Assembly (NCBI GenBank): GCA_035084275.1 | Contig: CM068747.1 | Span: 7,254,001 to 7,318,000 of the forward strand | Reading direction: 5' to 3' | Origin: Hydrolagus colliei | Taxonomy: Eukaryota | DNA: 64,000 nucleotides | Part shown: positions 13,290 through 25,146 of the stretch, in pieces | Layout of the letters: each line of letters opens with the position of its first letter | Position numbering within the stretch: the stretch's first letter is position 1 | Notes under the pieces: model-generated | The model's database searches: none | What the model saw: the letters and a program-made list of their open reading frames with translations, nothing else | Told to the model about the DNA's origin: nothing | Program-made: the position numbers and the translations under genes

Positions 13290-14300
13290 GGCCATATCCG
13301 ACCATTTCCCTATCTCCCTCTCATCTTGTATTCCATTCCCCCCTTCCCCCCGATTTTTTTTGCCTCTGGAAAAAGACTGCCTATCCCTCAAACTTATTGA
13401 ACCATCACCAACTGGCTCCTCTACCCACCCTCGCACTCCTTTCCTCACCCATCCTTTCCTCCAATTCCAACTGTGAAGTAATGCTGGACTTCCTCAAAAC
13501 CAAAGTTGAGGGGATAAGAACATAAGAATTAGGAGCAGGAGTAGGCTATTCGGCCCTTCGAGCCTGCTCCGCCATTCAATAAGATCATGGCTGATCTTCT
13601 CACCTAACTTTGGTTACCTGCCCTATCCCCGATCCCTCTATTTTTCAAAAATCTATCAGTCTCAGCCTTGAAAATGTTCAAGGACTGAGCATCTACAGCC
13701 TTCTGGGGTAGTGAATTCCATAAATTCACTACCCTCTGAGTGAAGAAATGTTTCCTCAACTCTGTTCTAAAAGGCTGACCCTTAATTTTAAGACTGTGAC
13801 CCCTGGTTATAGATTCTCCTACCAGGGGAAACAGTCCCTCAGTGCCTACTTTATCTATTCCTTTAAGAATCTTATATGTTTCAATAAGATCCCCCCTAAT
13901 TCTTCTGTACTCCAGAGAATATAGCCCTAGTTTATTCAACCTATCCTCATAGGCCAGTCCCCTCATCCTAGGAACTAACCTAGTGAATCTACGCTGCACC
14001 CCTTCTGATCCACTCAGCTTGCTTCTGCCCTTCCATCTACTACCCTCTCCCATCTCCCCCTTGCACCCCGGCCCCTACCCATCTCTCCCTCCATACTTTT
14101 GAACCTGTCTCCCTCCCACTCCTCTCACCATCACAACAACCCGCATGAAGCCGACCGCCTACTCCCTCAACACCATCCCTATTCTTATCCTTATCTCCAA
14201 GGTCCTGGAATGAGTTCTTGCTTACCAGCTTCGCTCCTTCCTATCCTATCACTCCCTTCATGAACCTCTCCAATTGGTTTACCTCCCAGCCCTACCCCCT
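13290..14300 (+). mobile_element. L2 ORF2 fragment interrupted by the CR1 at 13514-14006
   Basis: GGACTTCCTCAAAACCAAAGTTGAGGGG resumes as ATCCACTCAGCT after the CR1; homologous to the minus-strand L2 at ~16600-16850. Confidence 0.65.
13514..14006 (-). mobile_element. CR1 LINE 3' fragment (ORF2 C-terminus and 3' UTR)
   Basis: ORF 13604..14053(-) VQRRFTRLVP...LGLYSLEYRRIRGDLIETYKILKG...FFTQRVVNLWNSLP; (TTCTTATG)n tail. Confidence 0.92.
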
Positions 14301-14953
14301 TGCCCCTCTACTCAACAACAACAAAATTACACTTGTATAGTGCCTTTCACGTCAGGAGGATGTCACATGGCGCTGGACAGTCATTGTTTCAGACCTGAGC
14401 TGGGACAGGGAGGATGGAGGGAAAGGGAGGGATTTGGAATGGCCAATGGGGCCGTCAAAGAGGAAGGTCTTGAGGTGGGACTTGAAGGAGGTCAGGGAGG
14501 GGGCAAGGCAGAAGGACTCCACTTGATATATAAAACCATCATTTACATTGAGCTATTACAAATGTATTTCTGTGTGGTAATTCAGGATCTATCAAGCCTT
14601 TCACATTCTTGTTTCTTTAAATAAAATTGACTAAATTGAACGTAACTATTTATGGTTCGTTATCTTAATGTTGATAAACTTAAAAAAAAACATATTTATA
14701 ATATATATATTTCCAACTGTTGTCAATTTATTTTTTAGCTAGTTGTGTAGAAGACCATACAGGCAATACCGACAGCAATGTTCAAGTGGAAAATAAAATA
14801 GTTACACTTTTAAGGGGTATAGCAAAGGGCAATAGCATTTAAAGATCTACCATGATATAATAAACTGGTAGAACAGGGCTGATTGATGGAATGACTGCCT
14901 CTTGTTTTTAAGGGTAGACATTTATGTCTGAAACAACAATGTAATGATTAGTA

Positions 14954-15632
14954 CAGTAAAAGCCCGTTTATTCGGCTTCCTCGTGACCCAGCCAATGCCG
15001 GTTATCCCATGTGCCGTATATTCGGGCGGCCAGCTGCCGAAAACCCAACACGAAAAAAAAACTTTTAAACATTTTTAAAAATTAATTTTTAAACCATATT
15101 AATAATAGTCTAAATAATAACAGAATATTGTATGGATACTCACCAATAAAGCAATAAATATTGATTACAGTCTATAAACACAGCACACAATCAAAGGGGT
15201 ACTCCCATTTTTTCCTTTCTTTCTCTCTTTCATATACATCACACTCAATCAGTCTGGCATCTCAATGGCTCCAAACCCAATCCCCCCCACTCCTCTCATT
15301 TTCCGTCTATATTAATCAACAATCAACTAACACCCTCTCTCTCCCCCCACCTCTCTCCCACCTCTCTCTCTCCCTCCCACTCCTCTCTATTCCCCCCCCC
15401 CCCCTCTCTTTCCCTCTCCCCCTCATACTGTACTCTGTGAGGGAAAAAACTTCACCGCCACCTTCAAGCACTAATAGCAGCATTCGGAAATACTGCTACA
15501 AGGATGGGTGGAAATGCACTTCAGCGATTGTGCTGGATAACATCTGGTTAATCGAATGGGGACCTTTTTTTTGAGTTGCTGGTTGTACGGAAGTTATGGT
15601 TGATCGAGTCACGGATAAACAGACTTTTACTG
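14954..15632. mobile_element. Second copy of the same Tigger-like MITE, inverted relative to 1393-2141
   Basis: TIRs CAGTAAAAGCCCGTTTAT / ATAAACAGACTTTTACTG; subterminal blocks are reverse complements of those in the first copy. Confidence 0.8.
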
Positions 15633-15749
15633 CCAATAAGAGTTAGGTACGGATTAAAAGTATGTTATTATTTAGCATTACAAACTGTAATTAACTGATT
15701 TGTGTCCCAAGTGCCGTCGAGGGTTCAGAAATCTGAGTTTATTTCAGTG

Positions 15750-15990
15750 TACAAAGAGATAATTCATTGGTAGTGGAAACCTGGAACTCACTCCTCTAAA
15801 ATGCTGTGGATGCTGATCAATTAAAAATTTCAAGACTGAGGTTGATAGATTTTCGTTAGATAAGGGTATCAAGGGATATGGAGTAAAGGCTGGTAAATGA
15901 AGTTGAGGTACAGATCAAACATGATCTAATAGAATGGTGAAACAGGCTCAAGTTAAGTTGGCTGAATGATCTACTCCTGTTCCTATGTTG
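15750..15990 (+). mobile_element. CR1 3' fragment
   Basis: TGGAACTCACTCC...AAGGGTATCAAGGGATATGG...CTACTCCTGTTCCTATGTT. Confidence 0.8.
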
Positions 15991-16111
15991 GTATGAAAAA
16001 CGAAAGGTAAAGGGTGACAGTGGATAGAGAGCATTTTTTGGCCAAGAGTAGTCTGAAAAGTTTCCAATATGCTATATCACATTACTTATACATGTATCTG
16101 TTTCCATTCAG

Positions 16112-16180
16112 ATTCTGTCCTCATTGCTTGAAATCGTGTGACATCAGGACACAAAGCCAAGGACTGCAGTTGACCTCCAG
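16112..16180 (+). other. Candidate non-coding 5'-UTR exon
   Basis: tttccattcag| ... CAG|gtgaga, 69 nt, non-repetitive; motif evidence only. Confidence 0.3.
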
Positions 16181-18745
16181 GTGAGATTTGAGAAATTAGC
16201 CAAAATAATTACACATCTTTTTTTGTGCACTATACAAATCAAAAGAATTTCATATTAACCAAACAGTGGCCGTGGCCATTGATACTTTAATGGCTTCTGG
16301 GAAGCCACCAACAGAGACTGCTCTTACCCAAATCAAATAGAAGGTAAGTGGTATTCCACTAAGAACTCCAGGTAATTGAGGTGTGAACTCTTTAAGTTGA
16401 TCACGCCATCCTCCTCCACTGCCTGACCTCCATCATCCACCTCAGTTGGATGCACTCAGTTGGTTTTGAGTTCTACATTATAAACCACCAGAAGTATATT
16501 TCTGCAAACGGTTTTTCTTCTTGCTTCCGCCTGGTCACCTGATCCATCCCCATACAGAGAGGGATGGGTGGGGGCTGGGGTGTGTGTGCGTTATCGGTGT
16601 ACAGGGGGGTAGGTAGTTGAACAAATCCCCTCAATTTTGCATTCGAGGAAGTCCAACATCTCCTTGAGTTGGAGTTGGAGGAGAGGTTGGGCAAGGTGTG
16701 GGAAGGTGAGTGGAAAAGGCGGTTAGTGGTGGAGAAGAGGAGGTTTGGATTATTTTTGGCCTCCAAGATTATCTTGAAGTAAAAGAATGATTTGGCAGAG
16801 GCAAGGGCATAAGTCTTAGTTTGGTCCAGCCAGATCTCGCGTTTGACCATTAAATTTGATTTGGTCCAAGTGCATTCGGCACAGTGATATGAGGGAATAC
16901 AGTTCTACAGAAGCTTGGTGCCCTGTGATACCTTGTCCTCAATATTGGCAAGCTGCAACAACATCTGCAAAGTTATCAATAGTGGAAACACTAGCTATTT
17001 GCCTTACTAAAGCTGCTTGTAATGCATTAGTGCCCTCACCTATTTATAATAGCCTTTGTATTGAATCTGGTATTTTTCTAATCTATGTTGCTCAGTGACT
17101 CATTGAATTAAACCATTGAGACATTGCAGATTTTGATTAATAGTCTGCAAACTTACATTGCTTTTTAAAATACAAAAGACAAAAATATACATATCATCAA
17201 TATCCTAATAGAGACCAGAAATTGACCGAGGGAGGCTCATGAAAAGTTCCAAATATTTCGAGCAATGTAAATATAGTCTTGGTAGCAAAACCATTTAAAC
17301 ATGTTTTTTTGAACTGGCAATGAATTGGATTTGCAGTCATATGGAACAAGTTGTGGGTATCCTATCACAAGGGCCATAACAACAATAAAATAAATCAGCA
17401 TGTTTGTGTTGTCCAGTGTATTCTATTTAAATTAATGTTCTGTGCTTTTTCCTCAACAACCCTGAATTATATTGTCCTTTGCTTATTTTTTTAAAAAAAT
17501 CTTGTTATTTTCCTTTTAATGTTCTTTCCCTACTCTGGAAATATTTGTTGCATTTATGTTGACATCAGAATGAAAACTAAATAAACTTAAGTAATTTTTC
17601 AGGCTGGACCCCATTTTAACTGCAGTTGCACAGTGTATTCGTATGAGTGCACCAAAATGCATGCCCCATACATGCATACAAATGCATAGATTCAAAGCTT
17701 GGATATGTTTGAGTTTCTTAACTTGACAAGGACGTCGGTTTGAATTGGGAGAGTGTAGTAGTTAAATTTCTTTTTTGTGAGTTGATTTATTCAGTTTGTC
17801 AGCATGGCTTACCAATGATTTTTTAAAAAAGAATTGTGTATTGCAAATCATATTGAGATTTAACTATTATCCGTCGTCATTCTTGGTTTAACAATTCTAA
17901 AGTTTTTTTTCAACTGTAAAGATGGATTTAAAATGAATGAATACATCTCGTTTTTTACTCTTTTTTTTGCATATTTTGAATTCCAACCAAAGCATACACT
18001 GAAAACAGTGTAATTGTTAACATGTCTATAAGCAGCCTGTCAGAACAATTGGGTGCACTCTAATCACATACCCCCTCCAAGGCATGGGAAGAAAAAAATG
18101 CTTTGGATACGTCACCATTTAGCCCTATTGCAGCTCCCCCCGTCTTTGTGGAGCAGCTATAACAATTCTGTAATTAAAGTCTTTCTATTTTGATTATCGG
18201 GAATCAACGTCACAAAGAGCCATTCTAGAAATAGGTGAGTTGATTTATTCAGCTGTTCCCGACGTTCCCATCAACCTGTCTTAGACTGTCTATATCCAGT
18301 TTCCATAAAACAATCAAGAAACCTTTATGGCAAAAAGCATAATAAAACAGCTGACGTTCCTATCAGCAAAAAGTAATATTTGAAGTGGATTAAAGCATTT
18401 TTTAAAGCATCCAATCACTTACTTCATAGCTGTTTATGGGTCATTGTTGTGCACAATTGGTTGCTGTGCGCTGCCCACGAAATTCAGTCAAAACCATTTA
18501 CAGTAACACTGAGGTGCTTTGAGACGACTCAGCATGATAAATATATATGTGGAATCCTGTAGTGTAGTGGTTAGATCATTGCCTCAAAAGCGAGAGGACC
18601 TGGATTTGGTTCCCAAGTGGGGCAAAACCTTACTCCACATGGCACTGTTTACCTAGTACAGTAGTTAGGAACCCAGTTGTGAAAAAATGCAATTTGTTGT
18701 AGTTAGGAACCCAGTTATTAGTCTATTGGCTTTGGTCACTCAATC

Positions 18746-18880
18746 CATAGGAACAGGAGTAGGCCATTTCAAGCCTGTTCCTCCATTTAATTAGAACATG
18801 GCTGATCTGTACCTCAACTAATCCTTTCAATTCCAATTTCCCGCTTTCACCCCATATCTCTTATTACCCTGATCTACCAA
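18746..18880 (-). mobile_element. CR1 3' UTR fragment
   Basis: CATAGGAACAGGAGTAGGCCATT...CATGGCTGATCTGTACCTCAACT. Confidence 0.75.
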
Positions 18881-19342
18881 AAATTGTTTGTTGTAATACT
18901 GCTGTTTGAAATCGGCTCCAACGTTTCACCCACAAATACATAGTCAATCCACTTTACAGTATATTCTGAAAAGCACTCTTTAAGAAATTTCAAGGATGTG
19001 ATAAGGAGCTATATCAAATGCCAGGATTATTTTATTAATGTATTTAATTTGATAATTTTATTTCATATATCAAATGCAAGAATTATATTTATTATTCCAA
19101 AAAGATTCATGAATGATCTTATGGAAATTGGTAGCGCATTGGATGTACTCTTAATGATTTTTTTCATAAAAAGGAATCCACATGGCTAATACTAATCCCT
19201 CAAAAAAAATTGTTCAATTCAATCCATGACTGTTGTGGGATACTGCTGTGCGCAATTGGCTGCTGCATTTGCCCACAAATATACAGTCAATTTTGCATAA
19301 GTCTTATTAAGTTCTGTGAATCCTGTAGTTTGGTGATTAGAT

Positions 19343-21375
19343 AACAACAGCAAAATTACATTTGTACAGTACCTTTTCCGTCCGGTGGACGTCCCAAGGC
19401 ATTGGACAGACAGTATTGTGGACCCAGCTGGGGGGTATGGATTGGGCATGGTGGAGGGCAGGGTGTGGAAAAAGGCTGATTGAAAGCAGAGTCAAAGAAG
19501 ACCTTGAGATGAGTCTTGAAGGAGGAGAGGGATGTGGCGAGGTGGAGGGACTGCGGGATGGAGTTCCAGATGGTATCGCAGAATGGAGGGCGGGTGAGGT
19601 GGGGGACGTGAAGCAGGCCGGTGATCGCCAAGGGGAGAGAGCAGGCAGATTGGTATGGGGTTAGGTGGTCGCGGAGGTAGGGGTAAGTGAGGGCACGGAG
19701 GGCTTTGAAGGTGAGAGCTGTGATCTTGAACTGTATTCTGTGTGATGGGAAGCCAGTGGAGTCAGGTGAAGGGGGTGGTGGTGGTATGGTCCCGGGGCCT
19801 GTTGTGGGAGAGGACAAAGGCTGCAGACTTCTGGATGATCTGTAACCTGTGGAGGAGTAGTTGGGGAGGCTGACAAACAAGGTGTTTGCACAGTCGAGCC
19901 TGGATATTATGAATGCACATAGAGTTTCGGCAACTGGCGATGTGAGACGGTGGTGGAACTTGACTATGTTGCGGAGGTGGGGGAAGGCAGAGCAGGTCAT
20001 GGCGCAGATGTGGGGTAGAAAGGATAATTGAGGGTCAGATAAGACACCAAGGTTCCGGACTGCCTTAGTTAGATGAAGTGTGCATTCATGGATGGTAATT
20101 GTGTCAGTATCTAAGGTGTGGAGGCGCTGACTGGAGCCAATCAGGAGGGACTCAGTCTTGTTGACATTTAACAATAATAATCCTTGCATTTAATATAGCA
20201 TTTTTCACATCTTCTAGACATCTCAAAGCGCTTCACAGAATATACTGTAAAGTGAATTGACTATAAATTTGTGGCCAGAGTGAAGAAAATGGGCTCCCAT
20301 CCCATCTGACAGACATTCTGTCAAGACAGCAGTGGTCCTGGTGTCAAGGGTGGAGGCAGAAACATACAGTTGGGTGTCATCCATGTACATGTGGAAGTTG
20401 ACCCCATGTCTGCTGATGATGTCACCAAGAGGGAGCATATACATGTTGAAGCTCCTGTGGCTCAGTGGTTAGAGCACTTGTCTTGCAAGCTGGGGAGACC
20501 ACGCCGGGGAGATCTGTGTTCGAATCCAGGCAGGTCAGAGCAAAACCTTGAGCAAGTTTCCTTGCTCCACACGCCTAATAATAATCCCTCCAAAAAAACA
20601 CAATAATAAAATTGGTAATTTCAGTCCACGACTGTTTGTGGGACTCTGCTGTGCGCAGTCGGCTGCTGCAGTTTGCCCACAAATATTCACTTGTGGGCAA
20701 ATTGCTGCAATTTGCCCACAAGTGAATATTTGTGTCAATTCACTTTACAGTATATTCTGTGAAGCGCTTTGGGACGTCGATAAGATGTGAAAAGCGCCAA
20801 ATCAAATGCAAAGATTATTATTATTGAAGAGGAGGGGACCAAGGACAGAGCCCCGAGGAATGCCGTATAAGACAGTGCGGGGGCTAGAGTAGATGAAGTT
20901 GAGGCTGTGTGAGAGGTACAAACTGAACCATTCAAGCATAAAGTTGAGGTGAGAGGAGCTGGATGAGGATGGAGTGGTCGATGGTGTTGGTGTGAAGGGA
21001 GTGGCAGGAGAGGAAGGGGCGAAGCTGGGAAGAAAGACTCGGTCCAGAACCTTGGAGAGTAAAGGGAGGTTGGAGATGAGGCGGTAATTTGAGAGCAGGA
21101 TTGGTTCCAGGGAGGTTTTTTTTAAGCATGGTAGTGCTGATGGCTGTTTTTAAATGGGTGGGAATGGTGACAGAGGACAGGAGAGGTTTATGATGTCTGC
21201 AAGTAGAGGGGCAAGGTGGTGAAGCTGGGATATAAGGAGGGAGGTAGTAGGGATGGGGTCAAGTCAGCAGGTGGTTGGTTTCATGTGGGTTATATTTGTG
21301 ATGAGAGACTAGTGGGAGTCAGGTTTGAAGGTGTGGAGGAAGGGATGTATAATGGCCTGGGGGGGCGGGGGAGAT
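19343..21375 (-). mobile_element. L2 LINE 3' ~2 kb (RT C-terminal half), disrupted by two SINE insertions
   Basis: ORFs 19356..20189(-) LNVNKTE...VRNLGV...ISRLD and 20223..20444(-) [10 protein letters not shown] (YADD box); (TTG)n tail. Confidence 0.9.
20448..20825 (+). mobile_element. tRNA-derived SINE with (TTA)n L2-type tail, near full length
   Basis: A box TGGCTCAGTGG, B box GTTCGAATC, tail TGTGAAGCGCTTTGGGACGTC...TCAAATGCAAAGATTATTATT; possible TTGAAG duplication at the ends. Confidence 0.85.
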
Positions 21376-21379
21376 GGGG

Positions 21380-21833
21380 AGAGAGGTTAGAGCACTCAGC
21401 TTGTAAGCGAGAGGACCTCGATTCGATTCCCGGTGGGGCGAAATTTTGGGCAAGTTTCCTTATTCCACACCTCAATTTACCTAAATAATCCTTTCATTTG
21501 ATATAGCATTTTTCACGACTTCTAGATGCCTCAAAGCACTTTACAGAGTATACTGTAAAGTGAATTGACTGTATTTGTGGGAGAAACTTGGCAGTAAGTA
21601 GTAGGAACCCAGTTGTTAGTTGATAGTGGGATCGCTTTTCTGGAGGGTAATAATTCCTTCAAAAAAATTATTCACTTCAATCTATGACTGTTTGTGGGAC
21701 ACTGCTATGCGCAATTGGCTGCCAAGTTTTGCCCACAAAATACCGTCAATTCACTTTACTGTATATTCTGCAAAGCGCTTTGAGACGCCTTGAAGGCGTA
21801 ATAAGGCGCTATATCAAATGCGAGGATTATTAT
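21380..21833 (+). mobile_element. Same SINE family, interrupted by an antisense tail copy (~21484-21594)
   Basis: Head with B box GATTCGATTCCC, body TTTACCTA|...|GCAGTAAGTAGTAGGAACCCAG, (TTA)n tail. Confidence 0.8.
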
Positions 21834-23377
21834 TGATATGAGTTTTATTGTAGTGAGTTAATAATAATAATAATAAAAATAATCCTTACATTTGATATAG
21901 CGTTTTACACCGTGTTCTAACCACTGAGCTAATTTAGTATACAATCTCCCAATTGAAAACCAAGAAGTCAGTATTGTTATTTCCACACAACTGAATCACA
22001 TACCATTACTGTATGTTTCCCTCCAGCTGCCGTAGAAAATTTTCACAAGTTATCTTCGTTGACTCCATTCACATTATAAAATGCACTTTAAAGCAAGCCT
22101 TTTATTTTTCTTGTCCAATGGCAGAAGCACTGGACGTGATTTATCCTATAACTCTTTACTAATGGCAGTGGAAAATAATAGTAGACACAAAGCAAATCAA
22201 GAGGCTTTTGACATTGACGAGAAAAAAATAACTAAATAGAATATCGAGTTCCTTTTTTCTATTGAATATTGGTTTTAGCTTGAAGGCGTTTCCACAGGCG
22301 GAGTATTAGAACGAGTTAATGCCGCATGAGGCAGAATTTTCCATTAGTCTGTTGATCAATTCAAAGAGGAAAATAATGCTCTTACAGCTTCAGGTCACAG
22401 GCTAGCTCATGACAATGTACTGAACATTCAAACCGTATAATACATAGTGCACTATGGACAATATGGAATAGCCATCACCTTCTGCAAAAGTACTTCATAC
22501 CTTGTTTGTACTTTACCTCGGATAAATTCTATTCTGCAAATGGACCAGTAGTTTTCCTGTTATACAGTCTAAGGTAGTAATTGATAGAAGCAGGAGTTTC
22601 TCTTGCCTGCAGAAATCAGCATGCAAAATATTAATGTGCTGTTAATTTTTGATGAATTTATGATTGCTATGCCTAATGGCTGTTGCATTTCCCCCACAAA
22701 TTCACTACAGTATATATTCTGTGAAGTACTTTGAGACTTCTCGAAGAAGTAATAAGGCGCGTTCTCAAATGAAGAATTATTATTATTCATTTCTAATGGC
22801 AGGAATTTCTGACTTTTCCGCTTATATATACTTGCACAATATAATAGTTATTTGGCATTCTTTCCCAGTTTTGCTTTTAAGTAGTACAAAAAAATGAGGG
22901 CAAAAATCCCAGTCATTGCAATTGGTGAACTTTGTTCTCAGAACATTTCACACACTGGTTAACCATCTAACACTGGTTTTGATTTTCTCTCACAAAATTC
23001 AACAGAATGCTTCTCTTCCCTTTGATGATGGGAATGTTGCAAATGTAGGTTTTAAATTCATGCACTGTTTTAGGAGAGCAACTCCTGTGGGATGTCAGTT
23101 CATTATTTTCTGCTGCTCTCCTACCCTGTATGTATCCAAGATCACAAGAGAAATTTAGATGAAGAAGGTTCTTTGGTCTATTTGATCTTCTCCTTCCTGA
23201 ATATGTTTTACCAATCCAACATGTTCTTTTCATTGTCACAACTCTCCCTAGTCTCACAATTCTTGGTTTCCTGTGAGGTACTGTATTTGTTTATCAATTA
23301 CAGACCAATACTTAAAGAATTCTTCTGCAGTGGAGTTCAGAGTTAATACAGTACCATTGCTATTCTCTGTGTTTCAG

Positions 23378-23472
23378 CCAGCAGTACAAACACTGAGACG
23401 TAATCTTCATTTGTGACAGAAGGCTGCTAACAATAAATTGATTTCTGCAAACCCATTGGCAGCTGCCAGAAG
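23378..23472 (+). other. Candidate non-coding 5'-UTR exon
   Basis: ttctctgtgtttcag| ... AAG|gtgagt (consensus donor), 95 nt; motif evidence only. Confidence 0.4.
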
Positions 23473-24536
23473 GTGAGTGGGAAAACAATTTAGAATTTGG
23501 TGTTACTGTGTCAGTGAAAGGACTTAAAACATTTAGATTTGTGAGAAAAATATTGGCAAAATGGTTTCTTTATCATAAATATTTTAGACCTGTAATTTTC
23601 CTTCAAAGTCCCAGTGTTATTCCCAGAAGACAAAAGCTAAGGCACCGACAGAAAACATATATTGCAAGGTATTTTGTTAGAATTTTGCTAGAATTTTCAC
23701 TGCTGCTTTTTGAAATAGAATAAATTAGTAAAACTATTAGTGGATCTGTTCACAACTGTGTTGCACATAAAAACTCTAAAAAATTTGTCCTTTTAGTTCA
23801 ATAAAATTAAATTTACTTGCCAATATATTATTGGGTTTGGTATTTGACCGTATTTTGAAGATAAGACACACTTAACATTAGCAAGCAGACCAACAACAAA
23901 AACATTTAATTTGTGTAGAGTCTTGCACGTCAGGATGATGTCCCAAGACCAGGACAGCTCTATGGCCTATTCTGGATCATTTGGTCAAATATACGTTGTT
24001 GATTTTGCTCCTTATTTTATGCACTGATTGGCTGTGTTGGGTAAGGGTGCAATGGTCCTATGATGAATTAGCTCCTACCCCAATATTCATTGGACAAGTG
24101 AATGACAGTTGAACAAAGTAATGGGGAACAACTACCATTCAGGTCATAAAATGAGAATATTGGAGAGAGAAAATCATTTAAAATAATTATTCGATTACCA
24201 AGACTTTGAACTATTAAAAATTAAAGCCTCAGCTTTATTATTTGAAGAGGGAAAAGAGCACTACAAGTTCACCATGCTATTGCATAAGATAAAGGAGTGA
24301 TAGTTTTTTTGTTGACAATTTTAAGTTATGTTTTATAAATACAAAAGTTTTAAAATATGCCAAACACATTTTCAGAACTAAGCACTTTTAAAGCAGAAGA
24401 TGAATGTTGGGAGATAAACAGTAAAAAATGAGGAAAATGTAGTACGGTCTTGGTCTATTCTACTTCTTGGAGATCCACTATTTCATACCTTCTTGGCGAG
24501 GCGCCACTTACATCTAATCAGATTCACAGATATATC

Positions 24537-24774
24537 CATAAGAACATAAGAAATAGGAGCAGGAGTAGGCCATTCGGCACATCGAGCCTGCCCCGCCATT
24601 CAATCATGGCTGATATTCTACTCTAACTCCAGTTACCTGCCTTATCCCCATACCCCTTAATCCCTTTATAAATGAGAAATCGATCTAACTCAGTCTTGAA
24701 TATGTTCAAGGACTGAGCATCAACAGTCCTTTGGGGTAAAGAATTCCATACATTCACCACCCTCTGAGTGAAGA
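24537..24774 (-). mobile_element. CR1 3' fragment
   Basis: CATAAGAACATAAGAAATAGGAGCAGGAGTAGG; ORF 24623..24856(-) FTQRVVNVWNSLPQ. Confidence 0.88.
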
Positions 24775-24907
24775 GTAGCGTTTCGTCTGGAAATCGGTAT
24801 CGATGCCTTGTTAATAACCAGGCCAGAACTGACAGATATGTCATTAAAATACACAAAATTAATATATTTCATTAATAATTATCTCATCCAGACATTTAAA
24901 TATAGTA

Positions 24908-25146
24908 CTGCAACTCAGTGGTTAGAGCACTCGCCTTACAAGTTTGAGACCTGTGTTCGAATCCAGGCAGGGCAAAATCTTGGGCAAGTTTCCTTACTCC
25001 ACATGCCTAATATACTGTGCACAATTGGCTTCCGTTTTTAGCCCACAAATATGCAGACAATTCACTTTACAGTATATTCTGTGAAGCACTTTTGAGATGT
25101 CTAGAAGACGTGAAAAGAGCTATATCAAGTGCAAACATTATTATTA
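24908..25146 (+). mobile_element. Same SINE family, internally deleted
   Basis: CTCAGTGGTTAGAGCAC...GTTCGAATCCAGGC head joined to the tail. Confidence 0.8.

Noticed and set aside
19356-20189. Longest ORF in the track (277 aa)
   Set aside because: Frameshifted L2 ORF2 remnant whose start comes from a SINE tail; not a host gene
20448-20535. tRNA-like sequences with A and B boxes (also near 18550, 21380, 24908, 35659, 62482)
   Set aside because: They continue into SINE bodies and tails, so they are SINE heads rather than tRNA genes
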